A DNA stretch of 64,000 bases from Patescibacteria group bacterium (GTDB lineage: Bacteria; Patescibacteriota; Microgenomatia; UBA1400; PJMF01), in assembly GCA_049322655.1 (NCBI GenBank), contig JBMORP010000006.1, positions 256,410-320,409 of the forward strand. Reading direction: 5' to 3'. The translations under genes and the position numbers were made by a program. Below, in pieces: positions 1-9,419 of this stretch. The stretch's first letter is position 1. Each line of letters opens with the position of its first letter. The notes below the pieces were generated by a model. That model saw only the letters and a program-made list of their open reading frames with translations, was not told the origin of the DNA and did not search any database.

Positions 1-48
1 CGCTACTTTTTCTAGCTGAGCCACAGCATTTTGATGAGGATCATTCAT
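1..48 (-). CDS. N-terminus of a CDS running off the window (MNDPHQNAVAQLEKVA...), possibly a Glu/Leu/Phe/Val dehydrogenase
   Basis: ATG at 48 preceded by AAAGGAA on the minus strand. Only 16 codons are visible; they resemble GDH N-termini. Confidence 0.35.
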   Translation of the reverse strand, partial: MNDPHQNAVAQLEKVA

Positions 49-76
49 AAAAATTCCTTTTTTTAAACTAATACTA

Positions 77-1147
77 TTAGTTTCTACTTTCTAGCCACCT
101 CTCGGCATCCAAAGCCGCTTCACAACCCATCCCTGCAGCAGTAATTGCTTGCTTATATCTCACATCAACCACATCACCAGCCGCAAAGACTCCTTCAACC
201 GAGGTCATGGTGGGAAATTTAATCAATTGTTTTTCATCTAAAGCCTCACTAGCTTGCTCTAAACCGGCAGCAGACAAACTTTGTCTGGTAACTAAATAAC
301 CAGCCCTATCCAAATTTAATTGTCCTTGGAAAGCTTGAGTAACTGGTTTATGACCAATCGCTAAAAATACACCATCAGCAGAATAATCTTGTTCTTTACC
401 TTTAGTCTCAATGACAACTTTTTCAACTTTGTTGTCACCTTTAATTTGCTTTAAGTTTGAATTCCACAAGACAGTCACTTTTTTATTGTTTAGAACTCTA
501 TCGGCCATGATTTTACTCGCTCGAAAAGAATCTCGGCGATGAACAACTGTCACTTTGTTAGCAAATTTAGTCAAAGCCAAAGTATCTTCCATCGCACTAT
601 CGCCACCACCAATTACAAAAACGTTTTTATCACGATAAAAAGCCGCATCACAAACTGCACAGGTACTCACCCCTCGACCAAATAATTCTTTTTCCCCAGG
701 AACACCCAACTTAATAGAAGCAGCCCCAGTACTAAGAATGACTGTTTCAGCTTCAAGATCATGAGGTGTTTGTTTTACTGCTTCAATTACGGCAACTATC
801 TCTTCCTGAGAACCATTTTTAAAAACATCAATATTTTTACCATCAGGAAGGTGAGTCCAAAGTTTAAAAGGCCGCTGAGAAAAATCAAAAGCAGTTACAT
901 GAGTATCAATAATCTCTGCTCCAAACCTTAAAGCTTGAGCTCTAAGTCCCATCATAAACTTTGGGCCCATAACACCATCTGGAAAACCAGGAAAATTTTC
1001 TAGTTCAGTGGTATACATTAACTGACCACCACTTTCAACACCTGTATAAACAACTGGCTTGAGTTGAGCTCTAGCAGCATAAATTGCTGCGGTATAACCC
1101 GCTGGACCAGAGCCAACAATGACTAACTTTTCTTTTTTCATACCCAC
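77..1147 (-). CDS. trxB: thioredoxin-disulfide reductase
   Basis: GSGPAG, ENFPGF, CAVCD redox motif, GGGDSAMED, FAAGDV. ATG at 1141 with an SD may be the true start. Confidence 0.96.
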   Translation of the reverse strand: MGMKKEKLVIVGSGPAGYTAAIYAARAQLKPVVYTGVESGGQLMYTTELENFPGFPDGVMGPKFMMGLRAQALRFGAEIIDTHVTAFDFSQRPFKLWTHLPDGKNIDVFKNGSQEEIVAVIEAVKQTPHDLEAETVILSTGAASIKLGVPGEKELFGRGVSTCAVCDAAFYRDKNVFVIGGGDSAMEDTLALTKFANKVTVVHRRDSFRASKIMADRVLNNKKVTVLWNSNLKQIKGDNKVEKVVIETKGKEQDYSADGVFLAIGHKPVTQAFQGQLNLDRAGYLVTRQSLSAAGLEQASEALDEKQLIKFPTMTSVEGVFAAGDVVDVRYKQAITAAGMGCEAALDAERWLESRN

Positions 1148-1172
1148 CTTCCTTAAAAAGATAAACTCGCTG

Positions 1173-1517
1173 TTATTTTGCTAAAACTTCATCAATCATA
1201 GCTTTGTAGCCAGCTTCTCCAGGAAAACCAATTTGTTTGGCAACAATTTTAACTTCGTCTTCATCTTTCTTAAAAACTAAAACTGTGGGAATACTCATCA
1301 CACCATATTCTTGAGCTGTAGCTGGATTTTCATCTACATTGAGTTTGGTAATCATGATTTTATCTCCATACTCATCGGCCAATTTATCAATCACTGGAGC
1401 AGCCATTTGACATGGACCACACCACTCAGCAAAAAAATCAACAAAAACTGGCTTATCTTGTTGAAGAGCAGTCTTGAAACTTTGATCATCTAAATAAGTT
1501 GCACCTTTATTGCTCAT
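1173..1517 (-). CDS. trxA: thioredoxin
   Basis: VDFFAEWCGPC active site and VMSIPT cis-Pro loop; adjacent to trxB. Confidence 0.96.
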   Translation of the reverse strand: MSNKGATYLDDQSFKTALQQDKPVFVDFFAEWCGPCQMAAPVIDKLADEYGDKIMITKLNVDENPATAQEYGVMSIPTVLVFKKDEDEVKIVAKQIGFPGEAGYKAMIDEVLAK

Positions 1518-1607
1518 AGTTATTATTTTCTCTATTTAAGAGAAATCCTTTCTGTAAGTTTACCTAAAAATTGGTAAAGCTACTTATTACCTATTTAAGT
1601 TTCGCTA

Positions 1608-1850
1608 TTAATAACGAAACACTTCTTTTAAAACATCGTCAAGTGTATCCCACTGTTCTCCACGAGAACATTTTTTAGCCTCAGAAGTTAATAAGTCTCT
1701 AGCGACTCTACCCAATGAACTTCTAACAGCTATAACTTGACGAACAATATCTACACAAGCACGTTCGTCTTGGTACATTCTAGCAATACCCTCAATTTGG
1801 CCGTTTATCCGGTTTAGTTGAGCGACAATGGGATCTTTTTGACTTGTCAT
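1608..1850 (-). CDS. CsoR/RcnR/CstR-family transcriptional repressor
   Basis: LNRINGQIEGI...ERACVDIVRQVIAVRSSL signature; second Cys in EAKKC. Confidence 0.9.
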   Translation of the reverse strand: MTSQKDPIVAQLNRINGQIEGIARMYQDERACVDIVRQVIAVRSSLGRVARDLLTSEAKKCSRGEQWDTLDDVLKEVFRY

Positions 1851-1857
1851 ATTTCCA

Positions 1858-1887
1858 AATATACCCCTAGGGGGTATATTGTGTCAA
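1858..1887 (-). promoter_or_regulatory. CsoR-family operator overlapping a sigma70 promoter
   Basis: Perfect inverted repeat AATATACCCC-TAG-GGGGTATATT (1858-1880). On the minus strand, TTGACA (1887-1882) and TATATT (1863-1858). Confidence 0.85.
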
Positions 1888-3680
1888 GTATTAACTGAAC
1901 GTAAAATTTGTTGATAGTGAGCTATTTTTTTTAATAAGTTATTAAACTCAAGTTCCTCTTGTTCGGTTTTTTCTGCTTTTCGATCAAGTTCTTTAATTTC
2001 TGCTTGGAGTAACTTAATTGATGCTCTAGCACTTTCATTTCTTAAAATCAGCCAAGTATTTAACCACTCTACCTCAAAATCAATCTGTTCTTTTAAAGAA
2101 ATAAATTTGGGATCATAAACAACATCAAAAACTAATTGTTTTAAGTCTTCAGCCAACCCTTGAGTAGCCTTTTTAAGATCCAGCTTGTTTTTAAACTCTG
2201 CTGAGGAAAAATGCTTAATTAATTCAAACAAACCTGGAGTTTGCCAAGCAAAATCATTGATTAACTTAATCTTTTCTGAAAATTTATTACTTTCAAAAAG
2301 TAGAAAAATCAAATATCTCTCTAATGATTGCCTTCTTGATGGAAGGTTTCGCTGAGTAGAAATTGGTTCTCTTGCTGACTCTAGTGGTAAATTTTGCTTA
2401 ATTTTTTGTAAATCTTGTTTAATAAGTTCTGATTTAACTTTCAAAGTTTCTGCCAATTTTTTAATATAGAAATCCTTTTCAACTGCATGAGTTATCTCCG
2501 CAAAAACTGGACCAACCTCTTTAATAATTTCTCGCTTGCCTTCTGGCCTTTCTGGATCATTTTTTCTCAGACTAAATCTTAATAAAAATTCATAGACAGA
2601 GATACTTTGGTTCTCTAATTCTCGCCATACTTTGGGTGTAGATCTAGCCAACTCGTCAACATCCTTTGCCCCACCTTCTAATGAAGACAAGTCAATCACT
2701 CTCAACTCAATATCTGTATCACCCACTACCTCAATAGCTCTCTTGGTAGCTTTAATGCCAGCCTCATCTGCATCCAAACATAACAATATTTTTTTGGCTA
2801 TTCTAGAAATAAGTTTAACTTGTTCTTGAGTCAAAGCAGAGCCCTTAATTGCCACGATATTATTAACGTGGTTCTGTGAAGAAGAAATTACATCAAACTC
2901 ACCTTCAACAACAATCACTGCCTCTTTTTTCTTAATCTCGCTTAACAACTCTTTGTAACCAAATAACATTTTAGATTTATGGTAAAGTTTGGTTTCTGGA
3001 GTGTTAATGTACTTAGCCTCTTTGGCTACTTTATCTAATAATCTACCAGAGAAACCAACCACTCTACCCCGATGATCTTTAAGGGGAAACATTACTCTCC
3101 CTCTAAAACGATCGTAGTAACGGCCACCGCGTCCTTTAATAATTAAACCTGTTTGTTCTATTTCTTCTAAAGGAAATTTTTTCTTGTGATGCAAATACTT
3201 AACTAATCCATCCCAACTAGTCATAGAATAACCCAAATTAAATAACTGAATTGATTCTTGTGAAATAGCTCTCTCTTTAAGGTATTTTCTAGCTTGCTCA
3301 CCAATAGAATGAATGGTTAATAGGTAATGGTAGTACTCTTTAGCTAAATTCAAGATAGCTAGTAAGCGTTCTCTCAACTCATCATCATTAGTTTTTTGAA
3401 ATTCTGCTAACTGAATTCCGGCCTGGTCTGCTAAATATTTAAGAGCTTCAGCAAAACTCATCGCCTCATATTTTTGTAAAAAATCCAGAGCATCGCCAGT
3501 CTCTCCACAACCAAAACAACGATAACGTTGTAACTGTTCACTTACAAAAAAAGATGGAGTTTTTTCACTATGAAAAGGACAAGGTGCTTTATAACTGGAG
3601 CCGGATCTCTGCAACTTGATTCGTTCCCCAATTACCTGAATAATATCGGTAGCATCTTTCACCTGTTGAACTTGGGACAT
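1884..3680 (-). CDS. dnaG: DNA primase
   Basis: CPFHSEKTPSF/CFGC zinc finger, DRFRGRVMFP, KYINTPET, Toprim VVEGEFD and DADEAG. Start moved to ATG 3680, with TATACT 7 nt upstream. Confidence 0.97.
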   Translation of the reverse strand: MSQVQQVKDATDIIQVIGERIKLQRSGSSYKAPCPFHSEKTPSFFVSEQLQRYRCFGCGETGDALDFLQKYEAMSFAEALKYLADQAGIQLAEFQKTNDDELRERLLAILNLAKEYYHYLLTIHSIGEQARKYLKERAISQESIQLFNLGYSMTSWDGLVKYLHHKKKFPLEEIEQTGLIIKGRGGRYYDRFRGRVMFPLKDHRGRVVGFSGRLLDKVAKEAKYINTPETKLYHKSKMLFGYKELLSEIKKKEAVIVVEGEFDVISSSQNHVNNIVAIKGSALTQEQVKLISRIAKKILLCLDADEAGIKATKRAIEVVGDTDIELRVIDLSSLEGGAKDVDELARSTPKVWRELENQSISVYEFLLRFSLRKNDPERPEGKREIIKEVGPVFAEITHAVEKDFYIKKLAETLKVKSELIKQDLQKIKQNLPLESAREPISTQRNLPSRRQSLERYLIFLLFESNKFSEKIKLINDFAWQTPGLFELIKHFSSAEFKNKLDLKKATQGLAEDLKQLVFDVVYDPKFISLKEQIDFEVEWLNTWLILRNESARASIKLLQAEIKELDRKAEKTEQEELEFNNLLKKIAHYQQILRSVNT

Positions 3681-3742
3681 CTTTTGTAGTATACCGTATT
3701 TTACTGAACAAACTGCATACAAACTAATCGATAAGGAAAAAA

Positions 3743-4438
3743 ATGTCTGAAGAAAAAAATCAAGCTTGGAAAAAACTAGAACAAATCACCAAATATTTCA
3801 AAAATCATATCTATAATTTCTATAAAACTCTGAACTTTGAAAATTGGGAGTTTCTACTTATTATCATGATTGGAGCCTTCAGCTTTCTGTTCTGGGAACA
3901 CCTACAACTAAAAAAAGAATTTAATAACACCAAACAAATTGCTGATATTTTACAAAAAAAATCTGGCCTCAGAGTTTACTCCAGAGATGAGCTAGAAATT
4001 AGACAAATAGGTGATGTTTACATTCAAGCACCAAAAGATTGGACTAATGTTATCCAAGACTATTTAACTACTAATGGAGTAAGGAAACACTATATTGCCT
4101 CTTTTGGTGATGGTTTTGGTATTCCCTTTTCTAACGAGTATGCTTTCGTTGTTGGAATTGAAAGAAGGGAAGTAAAAACCAATCTAGAAACTTTTTTGGA
4201 AGAGAATGAGGTTTCTAGTGATCCAGAAAAAACTAAGACTAATTACACAAAAGTTAATGATGAGATGTTTTACATCCCCAGAGATGAAGTTGGACTTGAG
4301 TATTTTAGAAAAGTCGACGATGTAGTTCTCGTTATCTTTGTTTACGATAACGGTGACCGAGAAATTGATGACTTTGAACAAAACTTTATCAATAGTGTCG
4401 GACCAGTGGAAACCAATTCTCTCTTTGATTATAAGTAA
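3743..4438 (+). CDS. hypothetical membrane-anchored protein
   Basis: 231-aa ORF with one N-proximal hydrophobic helix; no recognised motif. Confidence 0.7.
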   Translation: MSEEKNQAWKKLEQITKYFKNHIYNFYKTLNFENWEFLLIIMIGAFSFLFWEHLQLKKEFNNTKQIADILQKKSGLRVYSRDELEIRQIGDVYIQAPKDWTNVIQDYLTTNGVRKHYIASFGDGFGIPFSNEYAFVVGIERREVKTNLETFLEENEVSSDPEKTKTNYTKVNDEMFYIPRDEVGLEYFRKVDDVVLVIFVYDNGDREIDDFEQNFINSVGPVETNSLFDYK

Positions 4439-4442
4439 AAAA

Positions 4443-4652
4443 TTACTCTGATGCTGGTTCAAACTCTTCTTTAAGAGCAATAAATTTGTTTTCAACCTCA
4501 TTTAGTCTAGTTTTGATTTGTTGAGTTAGTTTTTGAGCTTGTTGAAGTTTCTCTAGGCCTTCATCCAAATCAAGATCTTCATTTTGAAACCAATTATTGA
4601 TTCTTTCTAACTCCTTCATCGCTTCGTTCATCGAAAGTTTTTTAGTTGTCAT
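4443..4652 (-). CDS. xseB: exodeoxyribonuclease VII small subunit
   Basis: 69-aa helical protein (EAMKELERI...LDLDEGLE) overlapping the xseA stop. Confidence 0.9.
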   Translation of the reverse strand: MTTKKLSMNEAMKELERINNWFQNEDLDLDEGLEKLQQAQKLTQQIKTRLNEVENKFIALKEEFEPASE

Positions 4653-5856
4653 GTTTTCCTTTCACAACGGTAGCTCCAAACTGGCCATCAGCCACCGTAA
4701 TGGTTAAATCTTGATCTACTAATATTTGTTCAACTGATTTAATAATTTTCCCTTGGTTATTTTTTACCAAACTATAACCTTGCTTTAATTTTAGCTGAGG
4801 ATCGTTAGCCATTAATTGTTTCTCTAAAAGACTCAATTTATCCTTAAAATAAAAAATGTTTTTTTTACCATTACTAAAAATTGATTGAGAAAAATAATCA
4901 ACTCTAGTAAAAAAATACTCAAGTTTCGAAAAAAATTTATTTGTGATTTGGCCCCAGTTATAATTTAAATACTGATCTGCTTGTTTAATTAGTTTTTCCA
5001 TTGCTTGAGTCAGATGTTGAGAAAAATAATCAATTTTTTGTTCAGCTTCTCGCCAATGTTCAGAGAGAATTCTACCAGCATCGGTGGGCGTAGAGGCCCT
5101 GACATCTGCTACTAAATCAGTAATTGAGACATCCCTCTCATGCCCCACCGCTGATAAAACTGGAATTTTTGAGGCAAAAACTGCTTGGGCAACTTCTTCA
5201 GAATTAAAAGCTTGCAAGCTTTCCAAACTACCACCTCCTCTAGTCAAAACCAAAACATCCAAACCACCCTCAACAATGTTGGGATGTTCATTAAACCAGC
5301 GAATACCAGCTACAATTGAATCAATCGCATAAATTCCCTCAACCTTAATATCCCGATGAAAAACTTGAAAACCAAAATTACCCAAGTGTTTTTTTAAATC
5401 ACGAAGTGCATCACCAGTTGCAGAAGTTAGTAAACCAATTTTAATTGGAAATTCTGATAAGGTTCTTTTTCTATCTTCAGTAAAATAGCCCTTGTCAGCC
5501 AATTTTTGCTTCAAAACCTCAAATGCTTTTTGTAGAGCTCCTTCTCCCACTGGCACAATATGTTCAACAACAAAAGTTAATCTACCAGATGGTTTGTAAA
5601 TATTAGTCTTACCAAAAACTTGGACTTCAAGCCCTTCTTCCAAAACAAATGGCAACTGTTGTAACCTAAACTGCCATAAAGCACAAGATAAAACAGCCTG
5701 TTCCTTATTTTTTCCATCACTCAAAGAAAAATAAGCATGCTTTCTAAAACTCACTGAGGTTATTTCTCCTTGAATAACCATCTCAATGTTAGCCAACTGC
5801 TCGTTGAGTAAATCTAAATAATCATTAACAGAATAAACTTTAGGTGTGAGTTTCAC
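4642..5856 (-). CDS. xseA: exodeoxyribonuclease VII large subunit
   Basis: OB-fold HAYFSL, RGGGSLESL, SAVGHERD, ADVRASTPT, LKQGYS. Confidence 0.95.
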   Translation of the reverse strand: MKLTPKVYSVNDYLDLLNEQLANIEMVIQGEITSVSFRKHAYFSLSDGKNKEQAVLSCALWQFRLQQLPFVLEEGLEVQVFGKTNIYKPSGRLTFVVEHIVPVGEGALQKAFEVLKQKLADKGYFTEDRKRTLSEFPIKIGLLTSATGDALRDLKKHLGNFGFQVFHRDIKVEGIYAIDSIVAGIRWFNEHPNIVEGGLDVLVLTRGGGSLESLQAFNSEEVAQAVFASKIPVLSAVGHERDVSITDLVADVRASTPTDAGRILSEHWREAEQKIDYFSQHLTQAMEKLIKQADQYLNYNWGQITNKFFSKLEYFFTRVDYFSQSIFSNGKKNIFYFKDKLSLLEKQLMANDPQLKLKQGYSLVKNNQGKIIKSVEQILVDQDLTITVADGQFGATVVKGKHDN

Positions 5857-6271
5857 TAGTAATCACCATTTTTTTATTAACTAAAAACCAAACAATCCCA
5901 GCTACCAACATGCTGGCAACGGTACCCCAAATAATATCAACAATTACTACTTGTTGTGACCAATTTTTCAAGGTTGCCCAATTACTTAAATCATAGGTAG
6001 CATAAGCCCCAAAACCATACAAGGCTGTATTGAGTAGTAACTCTCTTAAAGATTTGGCTTTAGCAAAACCCCAAAACCATAACATTAGAGGATGAAGGGC
6101 ATAAAATATCAACCCAGGAAATAATAAAAAGTCATCTCTCAATAAATCCCCCAATTCTGCAAAATAAAAATTTTTGGCCACCACACCCAGCCAGATTCCA
6201 TCTATTAAGCCAAAAACAGCCAATAGTAACAAATAAGTAATAATAAAGTTGTGCAAGCTATTAATCTTCAT
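5840..6271 (-). CDS. DUF2177-family membrane protein
   Basis: IDGIWLG, YATYDLSNWATLKNW, DIIWG. ATG 6271 with TACAAT 6 nt upstream. Confidence 0.85.
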   Translation of the reverse strand: MKINSLHNFIITYLLLLAVFGLIDGIWLGVVAKNFYFAELGDLLRDDFLLFPGLIFYALHPLMLWFWGFAKAKSLRELLLNTALYGFGAYATYDLSNWATLKNWSQQVVIVDIIWGTVASMLVAGIVWFLVNKKMVITSETHT

Positions 6272-6317
6272 AACCCTATTGTAAACCAAGCTAGCAAATC
6301 TCCAACTAACTATTTTT

Positions 6318-8735
6318 TTACCTTAGTTGAGGTTGTAAATGATAGTAAGGTGGAGAATTTTGGTAGCGCTTAATCGCCAAAGAAATAATCTCTTCCAAGA
6401 AGTCACCATAATCCATCCCTGTTAGTTTGGCCACTGAAGGCAGACAATCTGGTTCGTTGATTGAAGGATTAGGATTAAGCTCCAACACGTGAGGATTACC
6501 CTGTTCATCTAGTTTTATTTCCACTCTGCCATAATCATGACAGTCAAGGATAGAGTAAGTATCCATGGCCATTTCTGTAATTAAAGAAATCAATTTTTTA
6601 CTTACTCCTTTAGGTGGTCTCTCCTCTGTAATAAAGTTTTTAAAATCACTATGGTTACCAAACTTAGAATCGAAAGAATAAATATTCCACATTCCTTTTG
6701 GCATTTTATTAAATTGGGTTCTAGATAGAGGCAGGACTCTCAATTCATCACCATTGCCAATAATAGAAACATCATACTCATCTCCTGGTAAATATTCTTC
6801 TATCAAAGCTGGGGATCTTAATTCTTCTAGAACATATTTAATTTGACGTTTCAATTCTTGTTGATTTCTTACGACTGAATCTTGGTTAATCCCAATTGAG
6901 TTATCAGTAGTAGCTGGTTTCACGATTAAAGGAAAAACTAAATCATCTCTAATTTCGTCTTGCAAAGTAAAAGCATAATCCCACTTAGCCGTCGGAATTT
7001 GGTGATAAGTGAGTAGTTTTTTTACTTTAATTTTGTCAATCGCCAAACTCAAAGTAAATGGATTAGAACCGGTATATGGAATTTGATAAGCATCAAAAAA
7101 CGAAGCTACATGAGGCTCTAACAAGCTAGAGCCGTTAATTCTCTCAGCCACATTAAATATCAAATCAATTTTTTGTGACTGCATCATGTTAGAGGCAGTT
7201 TTTAAATCGTTAAAGTCAATAAATGAAGTTTTATAACCTCTTGTTTCCAAGGTGTTTCGAATTTTATTGCCTACTGAAGTCAACTCTGCTTCTATTGCAC
7301 CATCAGCTCCAGAAAAAGTATTGCAAGCAATTGCCAGATGAAGTTTTCTTTGCTCTGAAAGTTTAACTCGTCTAATTTTTTCGATTCTAGCTTGACCAGC
7401 CATAATTCTTTGATCAAACTTAGCCACAGAAAAACGATTAGCTCTCTTGGTTTTCCCTACAGCAGAAACCTCAGAGAAAGGAATAATTTCATAATTAATT
7501 TTTTCTAAAACTTTTTCCAGATTTTCCCTAGAATCATTAGGATTTTCTCCTTTAGTAGTAATCCAACCCAAAAATTCATAAGCAGCCGGAGGAACAAAAA
7601 CAGTATCTCCAACTTCTTTATAGAACTCAAACTCATCTACTTGGTCTTTAGCCGAAAATTTTTCAGGAATATCGAGACTTGAAATTACTCCAGAATTTTC
7701 TGGAATAAAAGAGGTTCCAGTTAAATAAACCGCTGGTTCTTCTGGCTTATCAATTCTTGGAAAATACTCTCCCAACGCAATCTTGACTGCATACTCAATT
7801 AAGTCAACTTTCCAAGCTTGTTTGGAAAAAGAATAAACTTCATCACCACCCATTCTTAGATTAACTTCAATAGGAACTGGACCAGTCGAAGTTTGCTTAG
7901 CTTCAAAATGAATACAACCATTGGTAATCCCCAAATGTTCCAAAACTGATTCTGCCATATCGACCAACTCTTTTTGATCTTCTTCTGGTAAAGCCGAAGG
8001 AATAGCCATTCCACTTTCCATAAAATATGGTTCTTCAGTTTTATAGTTATCAGTAATTGACCAATATTTAATTTTTCCATTCTGCAGTAAGATATCGATG
8101 TCAACTTCATCTCCATCAATATATTCTTCGATCATCACTTCCAAACCATCAGTTAAAGCTGATTCAACTTGAGTGTTAATATTTCTTTTCAAAAACTCAT
8201 AAACTTCAAAAGCCTCTTCTTGATCTTCTGCCTTAATCACAAACGCACTACTGGAACCAAAAGTTGGCTTAAAAACAACAGGTAATTTTAAAGTTTTTAA
8301 GATCTCTTTTAACTCGTCATCTGATTTAACCAAAGAATAATTTGGAGCAGGCAAATTGTGTTTTCTACAAAACTCACGGAAAGCAAATTTATTTCTGGCT
8401 TTAGAGGCAACCTTCCAAGAAATTCCTGGTTTTTTTAAGATTTCACTTAATTTGGCGGTCAACAAGACATCATCTTCCCAAAAAGTGACTACTCCATCAA
8501 CTTGGTTTTTCTTGGCATATTCGGTGATAGCTCTAATCGTAGCATCATGATTGGTGGTATCAACCAAAATCCAGTCATCAACATAGTTCTCTGCCCAGTT
8601 TTTTTGAGCATTAACCACAACTTTTTTTAGATTGGGAATCTTGGCAATTCTTTGGAGAATAAAACGTTTTTTAAGTGAACCAGTATTGACAATAAGGAGA
8701 GTTTTTTGATTTTTTAATGTTGATTTTTCTTGCAT
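6318..8735 (-). CDS. fusion of two ATP-grasp domains (L-amino-acid-ligase-like plus D-Ala-D-Ala-ligase-like)
   Basis: N-half: RNKFAFR, VFKP, EEYIDGDEVD, HFEAK, EVNLRMGG. C-half: PYTGS, DKIKVK, IVKP, EEYLPGDE, YGRVE, ELNPNP. Confidence 0.85.
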   Translation of the reverse strand: MQEKSTLKNQKTLLIVNTGSLKKRFILQRIAKIPNLKKVVVNAQKNWAENYVDDWILVDTTNHDATIRAITEYAKKNQVDGVVTFWEDDVLLTAKLSEILKKPGISWKVASKARNKFAFREFCRKHNLPAPNYSLVKSDDELKEILKTLKLPVVFKPTFGSSSAFVIKAEDQEEAFEVYEFLKRNINTQVESALTDGLEVMIEEYIDGDEVDIDILLQNGKIKYWSITDNYKTEEPYFMESGMAIPSALPEEDQKELVDMAESVLEHLGITNGCIHFEAKQTSTGPVPIEVNLRMGGDEVYSFSKQAWKVDLIEYAVKIALGEYFPRIDKPEEPAVYLTGTSFIPENSGVISSLDIPEKFSAKDQVDEFEFYKEVGDTVFVPPAAYEFLGWITTKGENPNDSRENLEKVLEKINYEIIPFSEVSAVGKTKRANRFSVAKFDQRIMAGQARIEKIRRVKLSEQRKLHLAIACNTFSGADGAIEAELTSVGNKIRNTLETRGYKTSFIDFNDLKTASNMMQSQKIDLIFNVAERINGSSLLEPHVASFFDAYQIPYTGSNPFTLSLAIDKIKVKKLLTYHQIPTAKWDYAFTLQDEIRDDLVFPLIVKPATTDNSIGINQDSVVRNQQELKRQIKYVLEELRSPALIEEYLPGDEYDVSIIGNGDELRVLPLSRTQFNKMPKGMWNIYSFDSKFGNHSDFKNFITEERPPKGVSKKLISLITEMAMDTYSILDCHDYGRVEIKLDEQGNPHVLELNPNPSINEPDCLPSVAKLTGMDYGDFLEEIISLAIKRYQNSPPYYHLQPQLR

Positions 8736-8813
8736 CGATGGGCTTTACCTCAATGCCCACACAGTTACTAATGAGTTATTATTGTATTTAAAGTTTTTAG
8801 AAAATAAATAGAC

Positions 8814-8845
8814 AAAAACCCCTGGCAAAAAGCCAGGGGTTTTTT
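8814..8845. terminator. intrinsic terminator, probably bidirectional
   Basis: AAAAACCCCTGGC-AAAAA-GCCAGGGGTTTTT, downstream of the RRM gene. Confidence 0.85.
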
Positions 8846-8869
8846 AGTTTCAATGATTAGCTAATTTAA

Positions 8870-9259
8870 TTAGCGATCTCTTCTAGATCTATCAAAACCA
8901 CCTGATCTGCCACCGAAACCACCACGACGGTCCCCACCACGGAAACCACCTCTGTCGCCACGATCTTCTCTAGGCTTTGGAGGTTGAGCGATCTTAATAA
9001 ACAACTTACGACCTTGAACATCCTGGTCATTAAGCTGTTCCATAGCTTTGGCTGCATCTTCTGCTGAAGCGAACTTAACAAAGGCGAAACCTTTGGAACG
9101 ACCTGTTCTGAAGTCTGTAATTAATTTACATTCCTCAACTTGGCCATATTGACCAAACATATCGCTAAGCTCTTCTTCTGTCAAAGAATATACAAGATTG
9201 CCAACGTAAAGTTTGCTTGGATCCTGTGCTTGATTAGTACTATCTTGAGAGGTAAACAT
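8870..9259 (-). CDS. RRM RNA-binding protein with RGG/Gly-rich tail
   Basis: RNP2 LYVGNL, RNP1 KGFAFVKF, RGG-rich C-terminus. Confidence 0.95.
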   Translation of the reverse strand: MFTSQDSTNQAQDPSKLYVGNLVYSLTEEELSDMFGQYGQVEECKLITDFRTGRSKGFAFVKFASAEDAAKAMEQLNDQDVQGRKLFIKIAQPPKPREDRGDRGGFRGGDRRGGFGGRSGGFDRSRRDR

Positions 9260-9419
9260 ATTGTCCTCTTTTTTGAGTCACTGTAGCTGACTTAATCCTA
9301 CAGACTCTTTCAAATAAAACCGGACAAAATGCTTAGTGTCTTTTAAAAATCTAAGAACTGCCGTTCAGTCAGAAACACCATTATAACCTATAATTATAAA
9401 TTAGCTACTAGAAAAACAT

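Noticed and set aside
8739-8759. Fluoride riboswitch-like hairpin before the ATP-grasp gene
   Set aside because: The downstream TGATGAC pseudoknot strand is missing and the gene context does not fit.
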